From the sequence record OR295560.1: DNA of 49,272 bases. The stretch is one strand, 5' to 3'. Positions 1-8,052 of this stretch are shown one piece after another; within the stretch, counting starts at the first letter, position 1, and every line of letters starts with the position of its first letter. The position numbers were made by a program, and so were the translations under genes. The stretch comes from Clostridioides phage phiCD508. The notes below the pieces were generated by a model, which worked only from the letters and a program-made list of their open reading frames with translations, made no database searches and was not told where the DNA came from.

Positions 1-55
1 GAGGACGATATCTTACTTTTAATTGGAAGAGATAGAATGTTTAAGTTAGGAAGTA
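1..55. repeat. Terminal direct repeat, copy 1 (identical to 49218-49272)
   Basis: Bases 1-55 (gaggacgatatcttacttttaattggaagagatagaatgtttaagttaggaagta) recur exactly at the window end. This is either a circular-contig k=55 overlap or the att core. Confidence 0.9.
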
Positions 56-200
56 GTAATTATAGTTAGTTATTACTTTCTTTCACATATTTTTATTATT
101 TCAATAAGATTATTTCCAAATAATAATTTATTCAATGATAATAAGTAGAAAATAAAATTTTGAATCAATATAAAATTTAATGAAATGAGGTAGTAAAATC

Positions 201-719
201 ATGGATAAAAAAATAGACATAGCGAAGTTTATAGTAAATAGAATTGATTACTATATTGAAAAATCAGATAATAAAGCTAGTTTTTTACTATTATTAAATA
301 GCGCAATTATAGGTTTTTTATTTTCAGGGAAGGAAAAAATAATGAATCACTTAAGTATAAGTAATATCAGATGTTTAGAGATGCTATTTTACATTGTTAT
401 ATTATGTATATTTGTTATTTCAATTTATTTTTCGATTATGGTTTTAAAGCCAAGGAATTCTAAAATAGAAAATGAATATAAATCTATTTTTTATTATAAA
501 GAGATAGCATCTTTAAATAATGAACAGTACAAAGAAGCATTTGAAAATGCATTTAAAGACGAAGAAAACTTGATTAATGATGCACTTGTTCAAATAAAAG
601 AATTATCTTTAATCTGTGATAAGAAAATGTATAATGTAAAAAAGTCAGTAGAAGCTTTTATTTTAGGTGGTATTATATTGTTTATATATATACTTGTAGT
701 AGTTTTTAATGCTATTTAG
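201..719 (+). CDS. Small membrane protein with 3 predicted TM segments (possible SLATT/DUF4231-like pore-forming effector); convergent with the cyclase-Nudix gene
   Basis: 172 aa. Hydrophobic segments are ASFLLLLNSAIIGFLF, MLFYIVILCIFVISIYFSIMVL and a C-terminal AFILGGIILFIYILVVVFNAI. There is an amphipathic N-terminus and a helical middle. RBS is gaggtagtaaaatcATG. Confidence 0.5.
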   Translation: MDKKIDIAKFIVNRIDYYIEKSDNKASFLLLLNSAIIGFLFSGKEKIMNHLSISNIRCLEMLFYIVILCIFVISIYFSIMVLKPRNSKIENEYKSIFYYKEIASLNNEQYKEAFENAFKDEENLINDALVQIKELSLICDKKMYNVKKSVEAFILGGIILFIYILVVVFNAI

Positions 720-782
720 AAAATGTTTTATTTGGTTAGTATTCCTCTATGAAGATAGAATCAAATCATAGAAGAATACTAT

Positions 783-2369
783 TTACATATTTGTAGATTC
801 TTGTAATTGATTTTCATTTAATTTTTTAAATGCTAGTTTTAAAGTTTCTTTAAAATCAGGTACTGTGTTTTCATTAAAATCTTCAAGTTCATCCTCTCCT
901 ATCCATGCAAGTTCATTATGTTTTGATGTGGGTTCAAATTTAGAAATATCATAATCATTTATTATTTCTGCGAGAGTTATAATGCCTTTGTGTAAACCAT
1001 CACTTTTTTTAACTTGATAAATTGCTAGAGGTATAGGTTGGCAATCATCTTTTCTTGTGCAATCAGTAATAGGTTCAATGTTTATATTAAAATCTTTTTC
1101 ATATTCATCTTTAATAGTATTTATAATTGAAGTTTCTAGACTTGCCTTAGCACAACCAAATTCCCATTTACTCGCATTATTATTTCTATTATCACTTCTT
1201 TTCGCAATTAATATTTTTGAAGTTGATTTATTATAACAAACCGCAACACAGTGTAATTCCATTAAATCTACTTTTATATAGTCTTTATCTATTGTATTTT
1301 TATCATAACTGGGGTTTGTTTTAGAAATTACGTCACCTATTTTTTCAATCTTATCACTAAGGTTTCTGTCTATAAGTATTTTATCCAAAGCCTTGTCTAC
1401 AGAATTAAACATAAAAGAATCAATTAGTAATTTACTTTCTCCTTTTTTATTAAAAAAATATTCTCGAACCAATTCATTTTCTTCTATTTCATCAAAAGAA
1501 AAACTATCATCAAATTCTATATCATTATTTTTTCCTTTATTATGATACCAAATGATAGGGTATAGTTTATCTTTCCAGATACCCTTTAATTTTTTATATG
1601 TAATTATATGTAATTTAGATAAAATATCAGTTTTTCTTGATAATATATAAGCTAGTTCAAAACTAAGAACAAGTCTTTCTGGGCATGTTTGCTTTGATAT
1701 TCTGAAACCAGCATCAATATCATTTCCTAAGAACTCAAATATTTTATAATTATTGGATAAATCGTACATAGCAGAAATATTTTCATATTGTTCATTATTT
1801 TCTAAAGCATTAAAATTAGGATTTCTTGATACTATAGCAATCCAGGCCGCTCCTTTTAATGAAATAATATTTTGAAGTTTCATTAAGTATTTTTCAGATT
1901 CAGAAAATCCTTCTAGTGTAGAGAATATATTACCACTTTTTATATCTTTAGCAGTGCTTGTTAAAATATCAAAGATTATATCTATGTATTTATAAATTTC
2001 ATCATAATTTTTTAGTACGATAATGAAAATTACCTCATCACCAAGAACTCTCCAAAGTTGTGCTTTAAGGTTTTCATAAACTCTATATTGTAACTTACGA
2101 ATTATATGTGATAATACCTTAGCCCATCCGCTATAATTTATATTTTTATATAATGATGAATTAGCTATATCAAAAGAAAAGAACAAAATCACTTCTGGAT
2201 GATTAGGTTCTTTTTCTTTTTCATAAATATCAGTATTAATATTTTCTTGAAGTTTTTCCTTATACTTTTTAAGATTAAAAGCGTTTTCGTTTTTAGCTGA
2301 ATTATGAACATTATTTACATTTTGAGTTTTATATTCTTTATCATCTACCATTGTAAATATCCTAACCAT
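783..2369 (-). CDS. Two-domain protein: N-terminal class III nucleotidyl cyclase-like (CHD/palm) domain fused to a C-terminal degenerate Nudix-like domain
   Basis: 528 aa. FSFDIANSS then 44 residues to LGDEVIF matches the spacing of the two metal-binding Asp motifs of class III cyclases. FLGNDIDAGFRISKQTCPERLVLSFELAYIL resembles the (V/I)NxAARxE--hhVSe region. The C-terminal KILIAKRSDN..SKWEFGCAKASLETSIINTIKDEYEKDFNI..ELAWIGEDEL resembles a Nudix fold, but REx2EE is replaced by KDEYEKD. It overlaps the upstream peptidase gene by 25 nt. Confidence 0.5.
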   Translation of the reverse strand: MVRIFTMVDDKEYKTQNVNNVHNSAKNENAFNLKKYKEKLQENINTDIYEKEKEPNHPEVILFFSFDIANSSLYKNINYSGWAKVLSHIIRKLQYRVYENLKAQLWRVLGDEVIFIIVLKNYDEIYKYIDIIFDILTSTAKDIKSGNIFSTLEGFSESEKYLMKLQNIISLKGAAWIAIVSRNPNFNALENNEQYENISAMYDLSNNYKIFEFLGNDIDAGFRISKQTCPERLVLSFELAYILSRKTDILSKLHIITYKKLKGIWKDKLYPIIWYHNKGKNNDIEFDDSFSFDEIEENELVREYFFNKKGESKLLIDSFMFNSVDKALDKILIDRNLSDKIEKIGDVISKTNPSYDKNTIDKDYIKVDLMELHCVAVCYNKSTSKILIAKRSDNRNNNASKWEFGCAKASLETSIINTIKDEYEKDFNINIEPITDCTRKDDCQPIPLAIYQVKKSDGLHKGIITLAEIINDYDISKFEPTSKHNELAWIGEDELEDFNENTVPDFKETLKLAFKKLNENQLQESTNM

Positions 2370-2866
2370 TTCCCTCTATTAGATGCTGCATAAGAGGAAA
2401 CATTAAAGTATTCTGCAATTTTTGAAGTGTCGACCTTATTACCTACTGTGTTTTCATCCATAATTCTTTTATATTCATGTTTAGGCATCAACAAGGCTGC
2501 TGCAAATTCATTGGATTGATACTCCTTATTGGTATTGCCACTTCTAAAATACTGATTTCCATCTTGACTATTCCATAGTTCATCATCAATGCCATAACCC
2601 ATGTGTAAAAATAAATGTCCAAGTTCATGAGCAATGGTAAAATTCTTTCTGGTATCTGGTTGATAAGGAGATACCACTATTTCAAATGAATCATCAACTT
2701 TTCTAATAAATCCATCAGAGTATCCACTTAAAGAACTATCTTCTATTACCTTGCCTCCTAAAGCATCAACAACTTGATTTATATTTACTATTGGAATTTG
2801 GATTTTGTATGTTTGGATAATATCTTGGGTTATATCATTAATTAGCTCTCTGATTTTGAAATCCAT
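2345..2866 (-). CDS. ImmA/IrrE-family (DUF955) zinc metallopeptidase
   Basis: 173 aa with the HEXXH motif IAHELGHLFLH and the family-typical NEFAAALLMP segment. An extended -10 (tgatataat) lies about 60 nt upstream on the minus strand. The gene is translationally coupled to the downstream gene. Confidence 0.75.
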   Translation of the reverse strand: MDFKIRELINDITQDIIQTYKIQIPIVNINQVVDALGGKVIEDSSLSGYSDGFIRKVDDSFEIVVSPYQPDTRKNFTIAHELGHLFLHMGYGIDDELWNSQDGNQYFRSGNTNKEYQSNEFAAALLMPKHEYKRIMDENTVGNKVDTSKIAEYFNVSSYAASNRGKWLGYLQW

Positions 2867-3567
2867 AAAATCACATCCTTATATAATATTTTATTTAAAT
2901 AATTATTTATTATAATATTCATTATATCAAAAACTATTTTTTTTGGTACATTTAATATTAATTATTTTCATTAACCTTTTGTATTATACAATATAATTAT
3001 ACCATATAAAAACTGTTTTTTGTCGAATGTATGTTTGAAAAAATAAAAATTAGTAAATTATCTTAAAAATAATTAGATATACTTTGGAAGCAATAAGAAT
3101 ATTAACAATAAGATAAATCGTTGAAATACCAACATGTGTTAAATAATAACAATAAACAAATAATAAAATTTTAGATTTCAGAATATGAAAGAACCAAAAA
3201 ACGATTAACTAGTAATCTTAATTAAATTCATTTAGTTGATGTTAAAGTATGAAAACTATAGTAGAAGTTGTAATAATAAAACGAACGAAAATTATCATAC
3301 TAAAACATAATACATGCTATAATTGTATTAGATAAATGCTTGAATATATACCAAAAGTACTCTTTTTATAAGAGTGCTTATTTTTTTGAAATTCATCAAC
3401 ATATAAACTATCAAGAACATTACTCAACACACCTTAAAATTGATTTAAATTCTTTTTCATACACAAAGTTATATGATATAATAAAAAAGTAAATATGTAA
3501 CCCCAACACATCTTTACTAAGTCAAACATTATTATATAGAGCATTCTTCATTATGGAGAGTGCTTTT

Positions 3568-3756
3568 TCATTTCTTTGAATAATCATGTTGATTATTTAT
3601 AATATTTTCATTTAATTTATCTTTATCTATCAAATTTAATGCACAATTAATACAAATGTTAGTTTTCATATGACTTTTCTTATGAAAAGTAATATACTTA
3701 TTATCATCTTTATTTATTCCTTTATTACAGTAATCACATAATATAGTCTTAGTCAT
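3568..3756 (-). CDS. Small Cys-rich zinc-ribbon protein (hypothetical)
   Basis: 62 aa with CDYC..(37)..CINC. An isolated ORF inside a 1.8-kb AT-rich gene-poor stretch. Confidence 0.3.
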   Translation of the reverse strand: MTKTILCDYCNKGINKDDNKYITFHKKSHMKTNICINCALNLIDKDKLNENIINNQHDYSKK

Positions 3757-4015
3757 ATTTTTATTCCTTTCATTTTATATTTTCTATAATTAAGTTTAAC
3801 ATATTTAGTATATACCTATGTATATATATATTTAAAACAATGTTTTTTATTGCAATATAGAATATATTGTATAAATAAAAAATATGAAGAATAGATATTT
3901 GATAATTGTAAAATTATGTTATAATTAAAATGCAAGAATAATCTTGTGGAACTACAATCTAAGAGTGGAGCTTCATTTTCTACATTCCATCCCTTAAAAG
4001 GAAGGAGGTGGAGAA

Positions 4016-4156
4016 ATGAGCGAATTTTTACTAGGAGTGTTAGCTAGTTTAACAGCTAGCTTTATTACATATATTATTTCCAGAAAAGTAAAAAGCCACT
4101 CTGGCAGGAGTGACTTTGAGCTTGATGTAAAAATCAAGTTTAATAAAAAACGACAT
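4016..4156 (+). CDS. Small hydrophobic peptide, type I toxin-like (TM helix plus basic tail)
   Basis: 46 aa: MSEFLLGVLASLTASFITYIISRKVKSHSGRSDFELDVKIKFNKKRH. Strong RBS aaggaaggaggtggagaaATG. The ORF sits between about 30-bp inverted repeats (3947-3981 / 4168-4206), followed by a T-run. Confidence 0.4.
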
Positions 4157-4666
4157 TAATATTTAGTTAATGAAACTTCACTCTAGGCTAATAGATTGTA
4201 GTTTCTTTTTTTGTTTTTGATACGAATTTACATCTTTATTATATCGCATTTTGAGAAAAAATAAAACTATGAATATTAGAAATATATTTTATTTTATCTC
4301 TAAGTATATATATTATTAGCCACCTAAAAAACTTTCACAAAAACAAAAAGAGTATATGTTTTTGATAACTGGATGATATAACTTATAACTCATTTTACAA
4401 TTCTTAGTTCATATATATTTATGCCACTAAATTTCTCTAGTTTTGCCGATTTAGTTTTATTCTACAACTAAAATAATACAATAGAATTAGTTATTATTCA
4501 ACAGGATAGTTTGAAAGTTGAATAATTTTATAGAAATGAATAATATTTTACGCTTGAAAAAACAGACTAAATACGTAGAATATTTGGTAAAACTTACCTG
4601 TATTAATTGCAATTAGAAGGTTCTATTATTAATTTAAATTAAAATTAATTCAAGGAAGTGACATAA

Positions 4667-5056
4667 ATGGAACAACAAGATGTAATAGACAAACTACGTA
4701 GGGGCGAATTAATGCTAATGGAGTATTTGTGGAATAAAAAGTCTATTTTATCAAAAAAAGAAATAATAGAAGCAATGAAAAAGAGATATAAGTGGAGGAA
4801 AAGTACTACAGAAATTCTTTTAAAAAGATTGGTAAAGATGAAAACATTAAAAAAGAAGAGGATAGGTTTTCAGTTTAGCTATGAAGTATTAGTAACTAAA
4901 AAAGAATATTTAAATGCTAGAAAAGAAGAAAGAGATATAAGTAAATATGATAATTTTTTTGCACGAATATTCACAACTATACATAAAAGAGATAAGATGA
5001 CAGAAGAACAACTAAAGGCATTTATAAAAAATATGGAAAAAATTGGAAAAATATAA
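4667..5056 (+). CDS. BlaI/MecI/CopY-family (penicillinase-repressor type) winged-helix regulator
   Basis: 129 aa; SKKEIIEAMKKRYKWRKSTTEILLKRLVKMKTLKKKRIGFQFSYEVLVTKKEYL is a BlaI-like N-terminal DNA-binding domain. A perfect 12-bp palindrome TAATTGCAATTA lies about 60 bp upstream (4597-4608). Confidence 0.6.
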   Translation: MEQQDVIDKLRRGELMLMEYLWNKKSILSKKEIIEAMKKRYKWRKSTTEILLKRLVKMKTLKKKRIGFQFSYEVLVTKKEYLNARKEERDISKYDNFFARIFTTIHKRDKMTEEQLKAFIKNMEKIGKI

Positions 5057-5148
5057 TTTATATATATCAATTAATTTTAAATTAAATTTGTTATAATATT
5101 TATATATATTTTAATATGCAGAAATTTACAAAAAAGGGGGTGCATATT

Positions 5149-5529
5149 ATGGGATTTAAAAAATTACCTGATTCAGAATTAAAAGTAATGAAGTTTATCT
5201 GGGGATTAGAAAAAAAAGTAGCTTCAGGAGAAGTTGTAGAAGCTATGAAACAAACTTATGGTTGGAATAAAAATACAACACTAACAATATTGTCTAAGCT
5301 TGCAAAGAAAAACTATTTGTATTCTCAAAAAACAAGCAAGTGTACATATTATACTATCGCTGTAAGAGAAAAAGATTATTTAAAAGTTGAAACAAAAAAA
5401 TTCTTTAGTTTTTTTCATAATAATTCTTTAAAAAGTTTTTTCACTGCTTTAAATGATGAAGAAAATTTAAGTGATGATAAATTAGATATGTTAGAGGAAT
5501 GGGTGAAAAATTGGGAAGAAGATGAATAA
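5149..5529 (+). CDS. Second BlaI/MecI/CopY-family regulator (paralogue; ORF track starts at 5116, likely start is ATG 5149)
   Basis: MGFKKLPDSELKVMKFIWG...YGWNKNTTLTILSKLAKKNYLYSQKTSKCTYYTIAVREKDYL. RBS is aaaagggggtg before ATG 5149. Confidence 0.6.
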   Translation: MGFKKLPDSELKVMKFIWGLEKKVASGEVVEAMKQTYGWNKNTTLTILSKLAKKNYLYSQKTSKCTYYTIAVREKDYLKVETKKFFSFFHNNSLKSFFTALNDEENLSDDKLDMLEEWVKNWEEDE

Positions 5530-5535
5530 AATGAA

Positions 5536-5556
5536 TGTGATACTAAAATGATACTA
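5536..5556. repeat. 21-bp direct repeat tgtgatactaaaatgatacta, copy 1 (attP arm-site candidate)
   Basis: Exact repeat of 5728-5748. Additional aatatagaaa repeats lie between the two copies. Confidence 0.6.
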
Positions 5557-5679
5557 ATATGTTTTATAGCGTGTTAAAAAATATAGAAAATATAGAAATA
5601 ATAGAAGAAAATTAATGTAATAGATAAGGTTTTATCAGATTAAAAAGAAAATCAATAGAATGGGAATAGTAAATAAAAA

Positions 5680-5716
5680 AGTCGTAAGCCTTGTATTTTC
5701 AAGGTTTGCGACTTTT
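5680..5716. terminator. Bidirectional rho-independent terminator between the BlaI-like gene and int
   Basis: 14-bp stem agtcgtaagccttg/caaggtttgcgact with a tattttc loop, flanked by an A-run upstream and tttaaaaaaa downstream. Confidence 0.6.
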
Positions 5717-5727
5717 AAAAAAATCTT

Positions 5728-5748
5728 TGTGATACTAAAATGATACTA
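5728..5748. repeat. 21-bp direct repeat tgtgatactaaaatgatacta, copy 2 (overlaps the int stop codon)
   Basis: Exact match to 5536-5556. Confidence 0.6.
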
Positions 5749-6807
5749 TATATTTAAATTATCTAGTTTTTGGGCAACTTCAAGTTGCTTATTTGGGTAT
5801 AAATGTGAATATGTATTCCAAGTTGTTTCTACTTTTTCATGCCCCAATCTTTCTGCTATAGTTAATATATTTACATCCATATTTACCAATAATGACGCAT
5901 GAGAATGTCTCAAATCATGCACTCTAATTCTTTTTACATTAGATAACTTACAGCATCTATCTAGCTCTTTAGAAAGATAACTTTTAGCAAATTTAAATAT
6001 TCTTTCATTATCTTTTAAGTCATATAGCTTAGATAGATAATCTTTTATATTATTATATAAGAAATGTGGGATAGGGACAACACGTTTACTTTTAGGAGTT
6101 TTAGGAGAAGAAACAATATCCTCTCCATTTAGTCTTATGTAGCTTTTTTCGACGCTTATTTTATTTTCGAAAATATCTTTTGGAGTAAGAGCTAACAACT
6201 CCCCTAGTCTAAGACCTGTCCAAAATAAAATTTCAAATGCTAGTCTAGGTTCTGATTTCTTTTCAAATTCAATAAATTTTTTAAACTCTTCTAATGTCCA
6301 AAAGTTCATTTCATCTGCGTTTTTTTTACCGATAGAACCTGCCAAATGAGCAGGATTAGAAGGCAAGTTATAATATTTAACTGCATAATTTAATACAGCA
6401 ACAAGCTGGTTGTTTATCGTTTTAATATATGTTTGGCTATAATCACTTTTTAATAATTCGTTTTGCCATCTTCTTATATGTGTTGCAGTAATTTCATTTA
6501 TTTTTAGACTTTTAAAAAAAGGTAAAATTCTAAAGTTTATTAAATACTTTTTAGTTTCTAATGTAGATAATTTTAATCTAGAAGACATATCGTGCATGTA
6601 TTCTTCTATGAGACTTTCAAAACTCATATCAGTACTCATTTTAGATTTATTCAAAAATTCTCTTTCAAACTCTAGAGCTTCTTTTTTAGTTTTAAAACCT
6701 CTCTTAATTTTCTTTTTCCTATCCCCATCGAAGTCTGTAAAATAAAAGCTAGCATACCAACTTTTTCTTTGTTCGTCTTTGTAAGCAGGCATTTTAGACA
6801 CCCCCAA
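5746..6807 (-). CDS. int: Tyrosine integrase/site-specific recombinase (TTG start at 6807 or ATG at 6792)
   Basis: 353 aa. The C-terminal catalytic region HDLRHSHASLLVNMDVNILTIAERLGHEKVETTWNTYSHLY carries the R..HxxR..Y signature. It has an N-terminal SAM-like domain. Confidence 0.9.
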   Translation of the reverse strand: MGVSKMPAYKDEQRKSWYASFYFTDFDGDRKKKIKRGFKTKKEALEFEREFLNKSKMSTDMSFESLIEEYMHDMSSRLKLSTLETKKYLINFRILPFFKSLKINEITATHIRRWQNELLKSDYSQTYIKTINNQLVAVLNYAVKYYNLPSNPAHLAGSIGKKNADEMNFWTLEEFKKFIEFEKKSEPRLAFEILFWTGLRLGELLALTPKDIFENKISVEKSYIRLNGEDIVSSPKTPKSKRVVPIPHFLYNNIKDYLSKLYDLKDNERIFKFAKSYLSKELDRCCKLSNVKRIRVHDLRHSHASLLVNMDVNILTIAERLGHEKVETTWNTYSHLYPNKQLEVAQKLDNLNI

Positions 6808-6868
6808 TTATGTCATTTTAATATTACAATAATTATAACATGTTAGATATGCTATCTAAATAATTGTT

Positions 6869-7084
6869 TTATTTTCCTCTTCTTTTTATTTCTTGAAGCT
6901 TGTAATATTTACACAGTTCTAAGAAGTCTTCTTCTAGTGCTATAGATAAGTCTAATATCGTAGATATACCTATATCTTTGTACTCTTGATTTTCTAGTTT
7001 TGATATATAACTTCTGTTACGTCTCATTTTTTCTGCTAATTCTAGTTGTGTCATTCTTTTCTTTTTTCTTAATTTTTTCAACAT
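6869..7084 (-). CDS. XRE-family HTH transcriptional regulator
   Basis: 71 aa; HTH is MTQLELAEKMRRNRSYISKLENQ. Confidence 0.55.
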   Translation of the reverse strand: MLKKLRKKKRMTQLELAEKMRRNRSYISKLENQEYKDIGISTILDLSIALEEDFLELCKYYKLQEIKRRGK

Positions 7085-7154
7085 TTATTAAAATCCACCT
7101 TTTAATTATTTTTATGACATTTTTATAATTAATAGTTTGTGTAATTTCTTGTAA

Positions 7155-7179
7155 AAAATGTTCCTCATTAGAACATTTT
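7155..7179. promoter_or_regulatory. Perfect 9-bp inverted repeat AAAATGTTC-N7-GAACATTTT (operator candidate)
   Basis: Seen directly in the sequence, upstream of the 6869..7084 HTH gene. Confidence 0.4.
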
Positions 7180-7214
7180 TTGGTGGAAAAATGTGTTAAA
7201 ATGTAAGTAAGAAA

Positions 7215-7245
7215 AGCACTTTCAAAGCACTATAAAAATAGTGCT
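7215..7245. promoter_or_regulatory. AGCACT half-site cluster including the perfect palindrome AGCACTATAAAAATAGTGCT (operator candidate)
   Basis: Three AGCACT/AGTGCT half-sites within 31 bp. Confidence 0.4.
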
Positions 7246-7495
7246 GAAATAGATAAACAAATAAAAGTAATAAGGAGGAAAGATAGATTCTAGAGGGAAA
7301 TCATTATCATTTTTAAGAACGTATGTTCAGTTGGTGGGATAGAAAAATACTTTACAGGGGATGGTTTATTTGAATGAGAATGAAAATATGAGTTTATATG
7401 TCAGTAAGTTAAAAGAAGTATTGAAAAATAATTCAGAAGAGTATAAAAAAATAAGAGCTAAAATAAATGAAATTTATAATCTAAATGAAAAGAAA

Positions 7496-7523
7496 GAATA
7501 AAAGGGCTTTAGCTCTTTTATTC
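7496..7523. terminator. Hairpin gaataaaag-ggctttagc-cttttattc (bidirectional terminator at the 3' end of the repressor gene)
   Basis: 9-bp perfect stem, followed by a T-rich run. Confidence 0.5.
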
Positions 7524-7934
7524 TTTCTTAGTATTAACTGCTTTATAATAAGCATTATCTATCATTTTTTTTATTGCATTTTTATCATCTGAATCTAAAG
7601 ATGCTAATCTATTTATTAGTTCGTTAACTTCATTATCTTCTTTTGAGTTAACTTTTTTTAATAATTCATCATCTTGTTGAGTGTTAGGTTGTATTTTACC
7701 TAATTTAGTTAATAGCTCCTTTAAAGTTAAATTTAATCCAAAACTCATTTTTTCAAGCATATCTAAAGTAGGTTCAACAGCTTTACCATTCCTTGGGTCT
7801 CTGTTTTTTTCTATCTTATCTATATATGTATGGCTCACACCACAAAGATTAGAAAATTCTCTAAGAGATAAGTTATGTTCACTTCTATATTCTTTAATAA
7901 TTTCTGCTAATGTTTGCATAATTTCACACCTCAC
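7518..7934 (-). CDS. CI-like phage repressor (XRE HTH, no S24 peptidase domain)
   Basis: 138 aa. HTH is LSLREFSNLCGVSHTYIDKIEKN. It is the first gene of the leftward operon, facing a divergent cro-like gene. Confidence 0.7.
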   Translation of the reverse strand: MRCEIMQTLAEIIKEYRSEHNLSLREFSNLCGVSHTYIDKIEKNRDPRNGKAVEPTLDMLEKMSFGLNLTLKELLTKLGKIQPNTQQDDELLKKVNSKEDNEVNELINRLASLDSDDKNAIKKMIDNAYYKAVNTKKE

Positions 7935-8023
7935 CTAAATAATAGTTGACTTAATTATATCAGAAAAATGTAAACTATTGTTAACAAAAATAAAAATTTA
8001 GTAAAAAATAATTGACAAGAGTA

Positions 8024-8052
8024 AAAAAAAGACGTATACTATGATTAACAAA
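8024..8052 (+). promoter_or_regulatory. Sigma-A type promoter (PR-like) driving the cro-like gene
   Basis: TTGACA (8024-8029), 17-nt spacer, TATACT (8047-8052). RBS aggaggg at 8071-8077. Confidence 0.55.

Noticed and set aside
2867-2960. An HTH partner (ImmR/CapH-like) directly upstream of the ImmA-like peptidase gene
   Set aside because: The upstream 700 bp contain only promoter-like AT-rich sequence (extended -10 tgatataat). The six-frame track shows no ORF of 60 aa or more there, though a shorter ORF cannot be excluded. The peptidase therefore appears to lack an adjacent cognate repressor.
2867-4660. CRISPR array in the gene-poor region (C. difficile prophages often carry arrays)
   Set aside because: There are no regularly spaced direct repeats of 25-40 bp here or anywhere else in the window. 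The known C. difficile repeat GTTTTATATTAACTATGTGGTATGTAAAT is absent.
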